Notes under the pieces: generated by a model | Database searches by the model: none | Told to the model about the DNA's origin: nothing | The model's input: the letters and a program-made list of their open reading frames with translations, nothing else | Assembly: GCA_963718915.1 (NCBI GenBank) | Contig: CAVRAI010000007.1 | Location: 270,001-302,000, forward strand | From: an uncultured Chloroflexia bacterium | Lineage (GTDB): Bacteria > Chloroflexota > Ktedonobacteria > Ktedonobacterales > JADMIN01 | Reading direction: 5' to 3' | DNA: 32,000 nucleotides | Shown here: one piece after another, positions 8,053 to 16,761 of the stretch | How positions within the stretch are numbered: the stretch's first letter is position 1 | Layout of the letters: the number at the start of each line of letters is the position of its first letter | Position numbers and translations under genes: made by a program

Positions 8053-8778
8053 TTAGCGCTTGCCGCCGGGGCGTGCAAGACCCGCGCCACCCATGCTCCG
8101 CAGCCGCTGGCCGATGCGCGCCAGCGTGACACCGCAATACACCACAATGGCGAATGCCAGCAGCGAGAGCCAGACATCCACCTGCTGCAACACCAGGCTG
8201 GAGATATTCGCGCCGTTAGAGATGATGAGATAAAAGACCGTTACGGCGGCGAAGAGCAGGCTGGCCAGGGCGGGCGAGCGGCGGAAGAAACGACGGATGC
8301 CCCGCTGTAGCCGCAGCAGAATCGAGACGATCACAATCGTAATGAGCGCAACCGCGAACTGAACGCCATTCTTTGGATTCGCCACCAGCGCCACAAGGAG
8401 CAGTAGCGAGGCCGCCAGCCCCAGCACGCCGCTGACAATGAGCAGCGGTGCGAGGAAAGTTAGACGCGGGCGGACGCGGGCGATGATGCCGAGGACTACC
8501 GTGGCGACGATGGCGACCGGGAGCGCGGCTACGACGATGCTCGCGAGTTGCGCATAGGTCGCGCCGAAATCCTTGAATGTTGTCCCGGCGTGGATGATCC
8601 CCGGATCAACCGTTCCACCTGACCACTGGCCGTTTGTCGCCTTCACGATGAGCTGCACCGCTTGATAGATCAAGCCCAGATAGGCGACAGCTGCAGCGAC
8701 ACCCCAGGCAATGGCCAGCGAAGCGCGCCTGGCGGCATCTACGCGCGGATCGGTTTGCTGCTTTTGTCTGTTGAACAT
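8053..8778 (-). CDS. polytopic membrane protein, unknown function
   Basis: ATG 8778 is preceded by GAGGAG. About six hydrophobic helices. No family recognised. Confidence 0.6.
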   Translation of the reverse strand: MFNRQKQQTDPRVDAARRASLAIAWGVAAAVAYLGLIYQAVQLIVKATNGQWSGGTVDPGIIHAGTTFKDFGATYAQLASIVVAALPVAIVATVVLGIIARVRPRLTFLAPLLIVSGVLGLAASLLLLVALVANPKNGVQFAVALITIVIVSILLRLQRGIRRFFRRSPALASLLFAAVTVFYLIISNGANISSLVLQQVDVWLSLLAFAIVVYCGVTLARIGQRLRSMGGAGLARPGGKR

Positions 8779-8960
8779 GAAGACTCCTCTGTCTGTCGTA
8801 ACTCCCACTCCCACGCCGCGCCCGCTATCATCCGCGCCGCCAGAATCGAGATCCATGGCGCACTGGCGACCGCCGCGATGACAATGCCCGGTGGGTTCTA
8901 TGCTAACAGGGTGTGTCTAGTCCTGGAAGTCGCCCGATGAAGTTCAGGGAACAGTGGCGC

Positions 8961-9230
8961 TTAGTCAACGAGGAAACGAGAGACGACATTCGTGAGGAGC
9001 GGCTGAATCTCAGGGTCGGTACGGTAGAGATGCAGGCAGGTCGGGCAGACATGCACACAGATGGAGGAGGTTGCGGTCAGGAGCGAGATGGCGCTCAGAT
9101 GGCGCTCGCAACAGAAGCGCTCGCACTCGAAGCAACTGGCGATCGCACAGCACGGGCAGGCGGCGACAGCGCAACGATAAGCGGCAGGGACGGTTGGTCC
9201 CTCGCTCGTATGCCCTGAGTTGCCAGCCAT
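8961..9230 (-). CDS. small Cys-rich (putative zinc-binding) protein, 89 aa
   Basis: ATG 9230 is preceded by GGGGGGAG. There are 12 Cys in 89 aa (CAVAACPCCAIASCFECERFCCERH ... CVHVCPTC). Third-position GC/C bias is consistent with coding. Confidence 0.5.
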   Translation of the reverse strand: MAGNSGHTSEGPTVPAAYRCAVAACPCCAIASCFECERFCCERHLSAISLLTATSSICVHVCPTCLHLYRTDPEIQPLLTNVVSRFLVD

Positions 9231-9469
9231 GAGGCGCTCCCCCCAGCCACACATCCTGCTTGTTCGCCACGAGTTCATGAGGCTTATGCTCAACAATACG
9301 TGTGGGGGTTACAGCGCATGTCATTCATGTCGTTGGTAGTGGGCCGCATGGTATGGTGTATTTGGTGATGGCGCATCAACACGCTCCGGAGGCGCGTACG
9401 CTTCACGAGCAGCGACGAACCCGCGCGCAGTCTCATGCGTGACGAGCGTGGCAAAAAGGCGGTACGCCC

Positions 9470-10789
9470 ATGCGGCCCGAACCTTCGACGGCAAACATTG
9501 CTGACGCGGCCAGCCAGCGGAATACGCGACGAGCCGCCAGGTATACGTTCGCGCGCGTGCTCTGGGTCGTGGTGGCGCTGTTGACGGTGAGCATCTTCGC
9601 CATCAGCCTCCCGGCCTACGCCACACAGATGCATACGCTCTGCCCCACATCATCCTGCGCCATCGGACAACTCACCTCCATCCAGGCAGCGGCGCTTGCA
9701 CGGCTGGGATTCTCGCTCGACTCCTATGCAAGCGCCTTCGTCGCGCTCAATATCGTCTCCAGTGCGTGCTGGTTTCTGATCGCCATGCTGGTGATCTGGC
9801 GCGGCGGCAATGACCGCATGGCGCTCTTTACCGCATTCACCCTGCTGCTCTTTGGCGTGGCGCGCTTTCCCGATGCGCCCGCCGCGCTGGCGGCGCTGCA
9901 CCCCGAATGGTGGCTGCTGGTGATGGGGCTGCGCTATCTCGGCTCAGCGTGCCTGAGCTTCTTCTGCTATCTTTTCCCGGATGGCCGCTTCGTGCCCTCG
10001 TGGACGCGCTGGGTAGCCTTTGCCTGGCTGCTGCCGCAACTCCCGGAGTTCTTCGCGCCCGGCTCATCGCTCGACCCCTTACGCTATCCGCCGCTGCTTC
10101 AGGCGGCGGGCTTCCTGGGATTTGTCCTCTCAGTCGTGGTGGCGCAGGTCTACCGTTTTCGCCGCGTCTCGACACCAGTACAGCGCCAGCAGACCAAGTG
10201 GGTCGTCTTTGGCGTCGCCATCGCGCTGATCGGATTCCTGGCGCTGACTTTCCTGACGCCGCTCATCTTTCCTACCACGCAGCCGCTCTCGTTCAGTGTC
10301 CCGGCGTTTCTGGCGGCCAGCTACGGAGTGATGCTGCTCGTTCCGGTCTCGCTCGCCATCGCCATCCTGCGTCACCAGCTCTATGACATCGATCTGCTCA
10401 TCAATCGTACCCTTGTCTACGGCTCGCTGACAGCCATTCTCTCTGGCATCTATTTCCTCGGTGTGGTTGGCGTTCAGGCGCTCATTCAGGCGGTAACCGG
10501 CGTCCAGAAGGAATCACCGCTCGCTATCGTCGCCTCTACCCTCGCCGTCGCCGCGCTCTTTCAGCCGCTGCGCCGTCGCCTCCAGCAGGGCATTGACCGC
10601 CGCTTCTATCGTCGCCGCTACGATACCGCCCGCACGTTGGAACGACTGGCGTCGACGCTCCGGCAGGAGGTTGACTTACAGACGCTCACCGACCAACTGC
10701 TGCATGTCGTGAAAGATACGATGCAACCAGCGCATCTCTCGCTCTGGCTCAAGCCCACTGGGCGCCGCGACGAGAATCGGCAGGGGTGA
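9470..10789 (+). CDS. sensor-like polytopic membrane protein with a conserved cytoplasmic C-terminal module, no output domain
   Basis: About 9-10 TM segments. The conserved tail reads LYDIDLLINRTLVYGSLTA...FQPLRRRLQQGIDRRFYRRRYDTARTLERLASTLRQEVDL. It is a paralog of 11432..12741. Confidence 0.7.
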   Translation: MRPEPSTANIADAASQRNTRRAARYTFARVLWVVVALLTVSIFAISLPAYATQMHTLCPTSSCAIGQLTSIQAAALARLGFSLDSYASAFVALNIVSSACWFLIAMLVIWRGGNDRMALFTAFTLLLFGVARFPDAPAALAALHPEWWLLVMGLRYLGSACLSFFCYLFPDGRFVPSWTRWVAFAWLLPQLPEFFAPGSSLDPLRYPPLLQAAGFLGFVLSVVVAQVYRFRRVSTPVQRQQTKWVVFGVAIALIGFLALTFLTPLIFPTTQPLSFSVPAFLAASYGVMLLVPVSLAIAILRHQLYDIDLLINRTLVYGSLTAILSGIYFLGVVGVQALIQAVTGVQKESPLAIVASTLAVAALFQPLRRRLQQGIDRRFYRRRYDTARTLERLASTLRQEVDLQTLTDQLLHVVKDTMQPAHLSLWLKPTGRRDENRQG

Positions 10790-10862
10790 TACACAATCGG
10801 CGCGACAGTTGACGCAGGGCGGTTGCGCGCGCTACGGTTCTAAGAACAAATGTTCTTTGTCA

Positions 10863-11354
10863 ATGACACAGGAGAAAACAGTGAACCGCTATTTTCAGGA
10901 AAAGTGGCCCTGGATCGAGGGCACTCACGGCATGCGCCTGCAATTGCTCGATGCGCTGAGCGATGAAAACCTCTCGTTCAATCCAGGCGGCGAAAATGTG
11001 ACGCTGGGCGCGCTGTGCCGCGAGTCTGGCGATGTCGAATACGCCTACATCCAGTCGCTGAAGACCTTCAAACAGGACTGGTCATATCACAACGAGACGC
11101 CGGGTATCGAGACCAGCGTGGCGCAGCTCAAAGCGTGGTATCAGCAGATGGATGAGGAGATCAAGGCCATCGTCGAGGCGATGTCTGACGACGATCTGAA
11201 GAAGACAATCGATCGTGGTGGCTATCCGGCGCCGGTGGATTCGCAGCTTGACATCTACCTTCAGGCGCTGCTCATCTTCTTCGGCAAGGTATCAATCTAC
11301 TGCAAGACGCTGAACATCGAGATGACATCGACCTTTAACGAGTATATCGGCTAA
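10863..11354 (+). CDS. DinB-superfamily protein
   Basis: Start at MTQEKTV (ATG 10863). Helical bundle-style sequence (RLQLLDALSDENLSFNP...GALCRESGDVEYAYIQSL...LDIYLQALLIFFGK). Family assignment is tentative. Confidence 0.5.
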   Translation: MTQEKTVNRYFQEKWPWIEGTHGMRLQLLDALSDENLSFNPGGENVTLGALCRESGDVEYAYIQSLKTFKQDWSYHNETPGIETSVAQLKAWYQQMDEEIKAIVEAMSDDDLKKTIDRGGYPAPVDSQLDIYLQALLIFFGKVSIYCKTLNIEMTSTFNEYIG

Positions 11355-11431
11355 CGCGAGCGGCAAGTCGACTATGTGATACCGCTCTCTTGTGACGGCT
11401 TATCGTCTCTACGACGTGAAGGTCCCTGCCG

Positions 11432-12741
11432 TCAGGCATGTGGGGGGTCAACTCTATGTGAGAGCCAGAGTGAGATATCTGTCGGTTGCATCGTCTCCTG
11501 AACGACCGCGACGAGCTGGTTCGTCAGGGTGGGGAGATCGACCTGCTGGCGCAGGGACGCGCCAAACTGCTCTATCGCTTGGCGCGCATCGTACTTGCCA
11601 CGGTAGAAGCGCCGATCCACCGCACGCTGGATTCGCGCCCGCAAGGGCTGGAAGAGCGCGGCAATCAGCAGCGTGGTGATGACGATAACGGGTGATGAGA
11701 AACCCTCGCTGCCGCGAGACTGCGCAATAAGGTCAATCAGGGCTTGCAGGCCAATGATACCGCCGATATAGACCAGCGCCAGAGTGGCCGTGAGTGAGCC
11801 GTAGATCAGCGTGCGCCGAATCACCACGTCGATGTCATAGAGTCGGTACCGCTGAATGGCAATGAAGAATGTAGATGGCAGCAATAGCAGCGTAATCAGA
11901 TAGAACAGCAATGTGAAAGGACCATAGACCGTTGCCCGTAGCGAATCCAGGCCATTGGTCTGCCAGAAGATCTGATTGGCCAGCAGCGAAGCGATAAGAC
12001 CAAATACGAACCATTTGGTCTGTTGCCGCTGCACAGGAGTGGAATGTCGCCAGAAGCGGTAAAGCTGGCAGAGAATGGCGCTGCCATAGAGCAGTGGATA
12101 GCCAAGGTAGAGCAGCCGCATCGAGGATGTTGAGCTGGAGCGTGATAGCGGTGATATCGAATAGACCAGATGAGCAGCAGTATCCAGGACCAACGCGGCA
12201 CAAAACGTCCGCTGGGAAAGATGAGGAAGGCGCCGTAAAATACAGCGAAGAACGGAAGATTGAGCAGCGCAATGATCAGGGATGCGAGCAGAGAGCTTGA
12301 TAGAGGGCCAGAAGAGTTTAGCGCGCTGATATTGCCGAGCGGTAAAGCCACCAGGAAGAAGGCGACGATGAGAGCCATCCAGTCGTCGGAGCGCCGCCAG
12401 AATACCAAGAGCGCCATCGCTAGCGAGATCAATAGAACGAGACACGAGAGTGTCACGACAATCCAGGCGTAGGCGTCCATGCTGATACCGATATCGGCGA
12501 GCGCATGCGCCTGTTGTGGCACAAAGGCGCATGTATCTGGACACACCTTCCCCACGGTGGCGAAGAGATCGGGAATCCCAGTGGCGAACGACACCAGACT
12601 AAACGCAATCAGCACAATCCAGGCGACGCGCGCGACCAGCAGCCTCTTCCCGCGCAGGCGAAAATCGCCGCCTTGTGTGAGTCTGCTCGGCGTCTTGTTA
12701 GACATATCGTTAGCAGATGGCGCTCTCACCGTTTTGCTCAT
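11432..12741 (-). pseudogene. frameshifted paralog of the 9470..10789 sensor-like membrane protein
   Basis: The N-terminal 2/3 reads in the frame of ORF 11896..12741 up to ...LIFPSGRFVPRWSWILLLIWSI. The C-terminal part (LYRFWRHSTPVQRQQTKW...VDRRFYRGKYDARQ...) reads in the frame of ORF 11432..12544. The frame switch is needed around 12090-12170. Confidence 0.6.
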
Positions 12742-12963
12742 CGGCGCACCCTCAAAACATGCGGAACCGTTCGCTGCTCTGAGAGGGAGTATACCGCGGT
12801 ATCGTTACTAGAGCGTTACGAGATGGCAACCCATTTTGCGCCGCTCGTTGAGGCAAGGGTGGAAGCGCCGAGCGCTTGCGCATCAGACTGCGCGTCGTGA
12901 CAAAGCCGTGACCCAGGTGTATAGGGCCGCGGCGCTCTGTCGTGCTATGATTGATGAATGTTG

Positions 12964-12979
12964 TGTGATATTTGTCGCA
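12964..12979 (+). promoter_or_regulatory. CRP/FNR-family-like site TGTGA-N6-TCGCA
   Basis: TGTGATATTTGTCGCA has one mismatch to TGTGA-N6-TCACA. Its centre lies ~32-37 nt upstream of a possible -10 (CATACT/TACTAT at 13001-13008). It is 83 nt upstream of the operon start. Confidence 0.3.
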
Positions 12980-13061
12980 GCGAATTCGGCCCAACCAAAT
13001 CATACTATGTTGGGAAAGAGCGGCATGGAAGGGGCGCCAGTAACACCGGAGGAGGAGCAAG

Positions 13062-14165
13062 ATGGATACGCGGCTTGGGCAGCGCAGTATAGCAGTTATC
13101 TTTGGCGTGGCGGCGGGACTGGGGCTGGTCGCACTCATTGCCCTTGGCTCGCGCGGCTTCCACTGGTTCGATTCCGCGCTGATCGGCTACGCCGTCGCCT
13201 CGATCTTCGCGCTGGCGGCGGTCACCTATAAATACACCTTCTGGCTGATGCGCCCGCAGACCGGTCGCTATTTCTGGCGCAGCTGGCAGCTTTTTCTCTC
13301 GCTCCAGAACTTTAAGCGCTATACGGCGCTCATCCCGCTCGCCATTCTCGACCTCTTCACCCAGCAGTTCATCCGCAGGCGCGCCTGGTATCGCTGGGTG
13401 ACGCACCAGTGCATCTTCTGGGGCGTGGTCATCTCCTGTCTCATCACCTTCCCGCTGACCTTCGGCTGGCTGCGGTTCACCCAGCCTGTCAACACCCTGC
13501 AGCAGCAACAGATCTGGGTATTCGGCTTCCAGCTCTTCTCGTTCGATCCGACCTCGCCATTTGGCTTCGTGATCTATCACGCGCTCGATTTCTCGGCGGC
13601 GCTGCTGCTCATCGGGCTGATTCTGGCGTTCCATCGGCGTTTTCATGACCTGGCGCTGATCGCTGTGCAGCGCTTCCGCTTCGATATCGTGCCGCTGGCG
13701 CTGCTCTTCGCCATTGTCATCACGGGCCTCGCGCTCACCGCCGATAGCGCGTTCTTCGGCGGGGCGTATTACTGGTTCATCTCGCTGACGCATCAGGCGA
13801 TTGTCGTGCTTTGGCTGATCTCGCTGCCGTTCGGCAAGTTCTTCCACATCATCGAGCGGCCAGCCACCGTCGGCGTCGAACTCTACTGGCGTACCGGCGA
13901 GGATACCACCCAGCGCACCTGTCCGCGCTGCGGGCAGCCGTTCGCGCCAGCGCGCTTCGTCGCCGATCTCAAACGGACGCTCTATGACATTGGCCAGAAC
14001 TATGCGGTGAGCGAGCAGGAGGGCGCGCCGATTGAGGATCATTCAGGGCGCGAGGCGGCCACCGTGGGCGTCTGGTGGCAGGACTTCTGCCCCGACTGCA
14101 AGCGGATCATGCGCGGCCAGGCCAATCTCGCCGCGATGGGCGGTCAGGGCAACCGCTTCCTGTGA
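13062..14165 (+). CDS. NarI/DsrM/HdrE-like b-type membrane subunit with C-terminal CxxC...CxxC zinc ribbon
   Basis: RBS GGAGGAGGAG. About 6-7 TM helices with intramembrane His residues (VTHQC, IYHAL, LTHQA). The terminal motif LPFGKFFHIIERP resembles the PFxKLxH ending of the nitrate-reductase-gamma family. The cytoplasmic tail carries CPRCGQPF...CPDCKRI. Confidence 0.55.
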   Translation: MDTRLGQRSIAVIFGVAAGLGLVALIALGSRGFHWFDSALIGYAVASIFALAAVTYKYTFWLMRPQTGRYFWRSWQLFLSLQNFKRYTALIPLAILDLFTQQFIRRRAWYRWVTHQCIFWGVVISCLITFPLTFGWLRFTQPVNTLQQQQIWVFGFQLFSFDPTSPFGFVIYHALDFSAALLLIGLILAFHRRFHDLALIAVQRFRFDIVPLALLFAIVITGLALTADSAFFGGAYYWFISLTHQAIVVLWLISLPFGKFFHIIERPATVGVELYWRTGEDTTQRTCPRCGQPFAPARFVADLKRTLYDIGQNYAVSEQEGAPIEDHSGREAATVGVWWQDFCPDCKRIMRGQANLAAMGGQGNRFL

Positions 14166-14230
14166 GCGATTGCGAAACGTTCAATTGCACGTCTGTACGT
14201 CCGAACACCAGCTTTGGGGTGGGGCGAGCA

Positions 14231-14294
14231 GGCCGTAGCATGAATGCTACGGCGAATGGGCAGGGAAATTCGCCGACGCCTTTGGGCTTCAGGC
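14231..14294 (+). repeat. structured intergenic repeat, copy 1 (two hairpins)
   Basis: The sequence CCGTAGCA-TGAA-TGCTACGG is followed by GCGAAT-(10 nt)-ATTCGC and ends in CTTCAGGC. It is homologous to 16641..16710. Confidence 0.65.
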
Positions 14295-14351
14295 ACAACA
14301 ATCAAACAAACCTGGCGTCACGCGATAACACCTGGAAGGCAGAGTATTCCG

Positions 14352-16631
14352 ATGAGCGTTGATAAAGGCGTCTTCAACGAGGGCCAGCGCGACACCTATG
14401 ACTTCCACGAGAGCAAGGAAACACCCTGGCGCTCGAACGAAGAGGTTGACCGCTACGTGCCGACGCACTGCTGCTACTGCGGGGTGCAGTGTGGCATGAA
14501 CCTCAAGGTGTCGGGAGGGAAAGTCGTTGGCGTCGAGCCGCGCTACGACTTCCCGGTGAATCGGGGTATGCTCTGCCCCAAGGGCACGACCGCCTATCAG
14601 ACGGTCAACCATCCCGACCGTCTCACCTCGCCGCTGATGCGCCGCGGCGGCAAGAACAGTCCGCTGGAGCCGGTAAGCTGGAATGAGGCGCTCGATACAG
14701 TGGCTCGGCGCTTCCGCGAGATTCAGGGACAGCATGGCAAAGACGCCGTCGCGGTCTATAGTGGCTCCTCGATGACCAACGAGAAGTGCTACCTGATGGG
14801 CAAATTCGCCCGCGTCGCCCTGGAAACGCGCCACTGCGACTACAACGGGCGGCTCTGCATGTCGTCCGCGACGGGGGCCAATGAGCGCTCGCTCGGCATT
14901 GATCGCGCCGCTAATCCCATCAGCGATATGCTGCATTCCGACGTGATCTTCGTCATCGGCGCCAATGTGGGCGAGTGCTTCCCCATCGTCACGAGCTGGC
15001 TCTGGCGCGCGCGCGACCGTGGCGCGAAGCTCATCGTAGCCGATCCGCGCCAGACACCGATTGCCCGCACCGCCGATGTCTTTCTGCCGCTCCGCTCCGG
15101 CACCGATTCAGCCCTGCTCAATGCGATGCTGAATGTCGTCATTCGCGAGGGGCTGGTGGATGAGGAGTTCATCCGCAGTCGCACGAACGGCTGGGACGAG
15201 ACGAAGGCGCTGGTGGAGCAGTATCCGCCGGAGCGCGCGGCGAAGGTCTGCGGGCTGCGTCCCGAGACGATCATCGACGCGGCGCGACTCTACGGGCGGG
15301 CGAATGCGGCGATGATCTATACGGCGCGCGGACTGGAGCATCAGAGCAAGGGCGTCGATAACGGCGTGGCAGCGGTGAATCTGGCGCTGGCAACTGGCAA
15401 CTTTGGCCGCCCAGGCGCGGGCTATATGACGCTGACGGGCCAGGGCAACGGCCAGGGCGGGCGCGAGATGGGCCAGAAAGCCTCGCAGCTGCCGGGCGAG
15501 CGCGAGATCGAGGATCCCGAAGATCGCGCCTATATCGCGTCGGTCTGGGGCATCGATGAGAAAGATATGCCGCACTCTGGCTACCCGGCGACGCTGATGA
15601 TTCCCGCTATGTTACGCGAGGAGATTCGCGGCTGCTTCATGATCTGCTCGAATCCGATGGTCTCGCTGCCCGACCAGCACACGACCGAGCGGGCGTTGCG
15701 CGCGCTCGATTTCTTCGTCGTCTGCGACTTCTTCATGTCGGAAACCTGCGAGCTGGCGGATGTGGTGCTGCCGGGCAACGTCTGGGCTGAAGAGGAAGGC
15801 ACCACGACCAACCTGGAGGGGCGTGTCATCAAGTATAACCGCGCGGTTGACCCACCGCAGGGCGCGCGCCGTGACTGGCAGATTGTCTGTGACCTGGCGC
15901 AGCGGCTGGGCAAGGGGCAATATTTCTCCTTCAAGTCCCCACGCGAGATCTTCGACGAATTACGCATCGCCACCAAAGGCAGCAAGGCAGACTACTTCGG
16001 CATCACCTATGAGAAGATCGAGCGGCAGAACGGCGTCTTCTGGCCATGTCCCACCGAGGAGAGCCAGGGAACGCCACGTCTCTACGAGGAGAGTTTTGGC
16101 TTCGCCGATGGCAAGGCGAAGTTCCACCCGATCACGTATCTGCCGCCCGCCGAGGAACCGGACGCCGAGTATCCGATGGTGCTGACGACGGGGCGCGTGA
16201 TCTATCACTATCTTTCGGGCAACCAGACGCGCCGCACGCCATTCCTGCTGGAGCAGGCGCCCTATCCGTGGGTGGAGATACACGAGCGGACGGCAAACGA
16301 GCTGGGCATCCGCGATAGCGACTGGGTCACGGTGCGGACGCGCCGTGGCGAGCTGACCGCTCCGGCGCTGGTGGTGAAGTCCATCCGGCCCGATACGCTT
16401 TTCATTCCTTACCACTATGGCCACACGCAGGCGGCGAACATCCTGACCAATCCTGTCCTCGAACCGATGAACAAGATTCCTGAGTATAAGGTCTGCGCCG
16501 CATCAATCGCGAAGGCGAAACAGCCGCCGGACTGGGCGAAAGATGTCAATCCGGCGCAGTTGCGGGCCACACGTGGACGCCGCCGCCGCCTGCCCAGCAC
16601 GGGCGAACAACAGGGGCCAACGGTGAGTTAG
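14352..16631 (+). CDS. Mo-bisPGD oxidoreductase catalytic subunit, NarB/NasA/NapA-like (putative nitrate reductase)
   Basis: The N-terminal 4Fe-4S motif is HCCYCGVQCGMN...MLCPKG. GRLCMSSATGANERSLG is a Cys Mo-ligand segment like RLCMSSA of assimilatory nitrate reductases. LTGQGNGQGGREMGQ is also present. The C-terminal dinucleotide-binding barrel reads VEIHERTANELGIRDSDWVTVRTRRGE. No twin-arginine signal. Start at MSVDKG (ATG 14352), since the track start 14244 covers the repeat element. Confidence 0.85.
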   Translation: MSVDKGVFNEGQRDTYDFHESKETPWRSNEEVDRYVPTHCCYCGVQCGMNLKVSGGKVVGVEPRYDFPVNRGMLCPKGTTAYQTVNHPDRLTSPLMRRGGKNSPLEPVSWNEALDTVARRFREIQGQHGKDAVAVYSGSSMTNEKCYLMGKFARVALETRHCDYNGRLCMSSATGANERSLGIDRAANPISDMLHSDVIFVIGANVGECFPIVTSWLWRARDRGAKLIVADPRQTPIARTADVFLPLRSGTDSALLNAMLNVVIREGLVDEEFIRSRTNGWDETKALVEQYPPERAAKVCGLRPETIIDAARLYGRANAAMIYTARGLEHQSKGVDNGVAAVNLALATGNFGRPGAGYMTLTGQGNGQGGREMGQKASQLPGEREIEDPEDRAYIASVWGIDEKDMPHSGYPATLMIPAMLREEIRGCFMICSNPMVSLPDQHTTERALRALDFFVVCDFFMSETCELADVVLPGNVWAEEEGTTTNLEGRVIKYNRAVDPPQGARRDWQIVCDLAQRLGKGQYFSFKSPREIFDELRIATKGSKADYFGITYEKIERQNGVFWPCPTEESQGTPRLYEESFGFADGKAKFHPITYLPPAEEPDAEYPMVLTTGRVIYHYLSGNQTRRTPFLLEQAPYPWVEIHERTANELGIRDSDWVTVRTRRGELTAPALVVKSIRPDTLFIPYHYGHTQAANILTNPVLEPMNKIPEYKVCAASIAKAKQPPDWAKDVNPAQLRATRGRRRRLPSTGEQQGPTVS

Positions 16632-16640
16632 GGGAAAGCG

Positions 16641-16710
16641 CGCCGTAGCGTAAACGCTACGGCGAATGGGCGGATGCTTCGGGTGCGGAAATTCGCCGGG
16701 GCCTTCAGGC
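16641..16710 (+). repeat. structured intergenic repeat, copy 2
   Basis: The sequence CCGTAGCG-TAAA-CGCTACGG is followed by GCGAAT-(23 nt)-ATTCGC and ends in CTTCAGGC. The stem change A:T to G:C relative to copy 1 is compensatory. Confidence 0.65.
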
Positions 16711-16761
16711 TCCGGCATGTGACGCCTGGCGCTACGTTCGTGGTTCATAGGGGAGCACGCT

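Noticed and set aside
13005-14042. 345-aa minus-strand ORF antisense to the NarI-like gene
   Set aside because: It is an Arg/Glu/Asp/Pro-rich low-complexity translation, typical of shadow ORFs opposite a high-GC gene. The plus-strand frame has clear TM helices and conserved motifs.
14244-14351. Upstream extension of the molybdoenzyme ORF (MLRRMGREIRRRLW...), which superficially looks like a twin-arginine signal
   Set aside because: The stretch is the translated hairpin repeat element, and a homologous element occurs non-codingly at 16641..16710. It lacks a hydrophobic h-region. MSVDKG at 14352 is the more plausible start. The enzyme is therefore treated as lacking a signal, but this should be tested.
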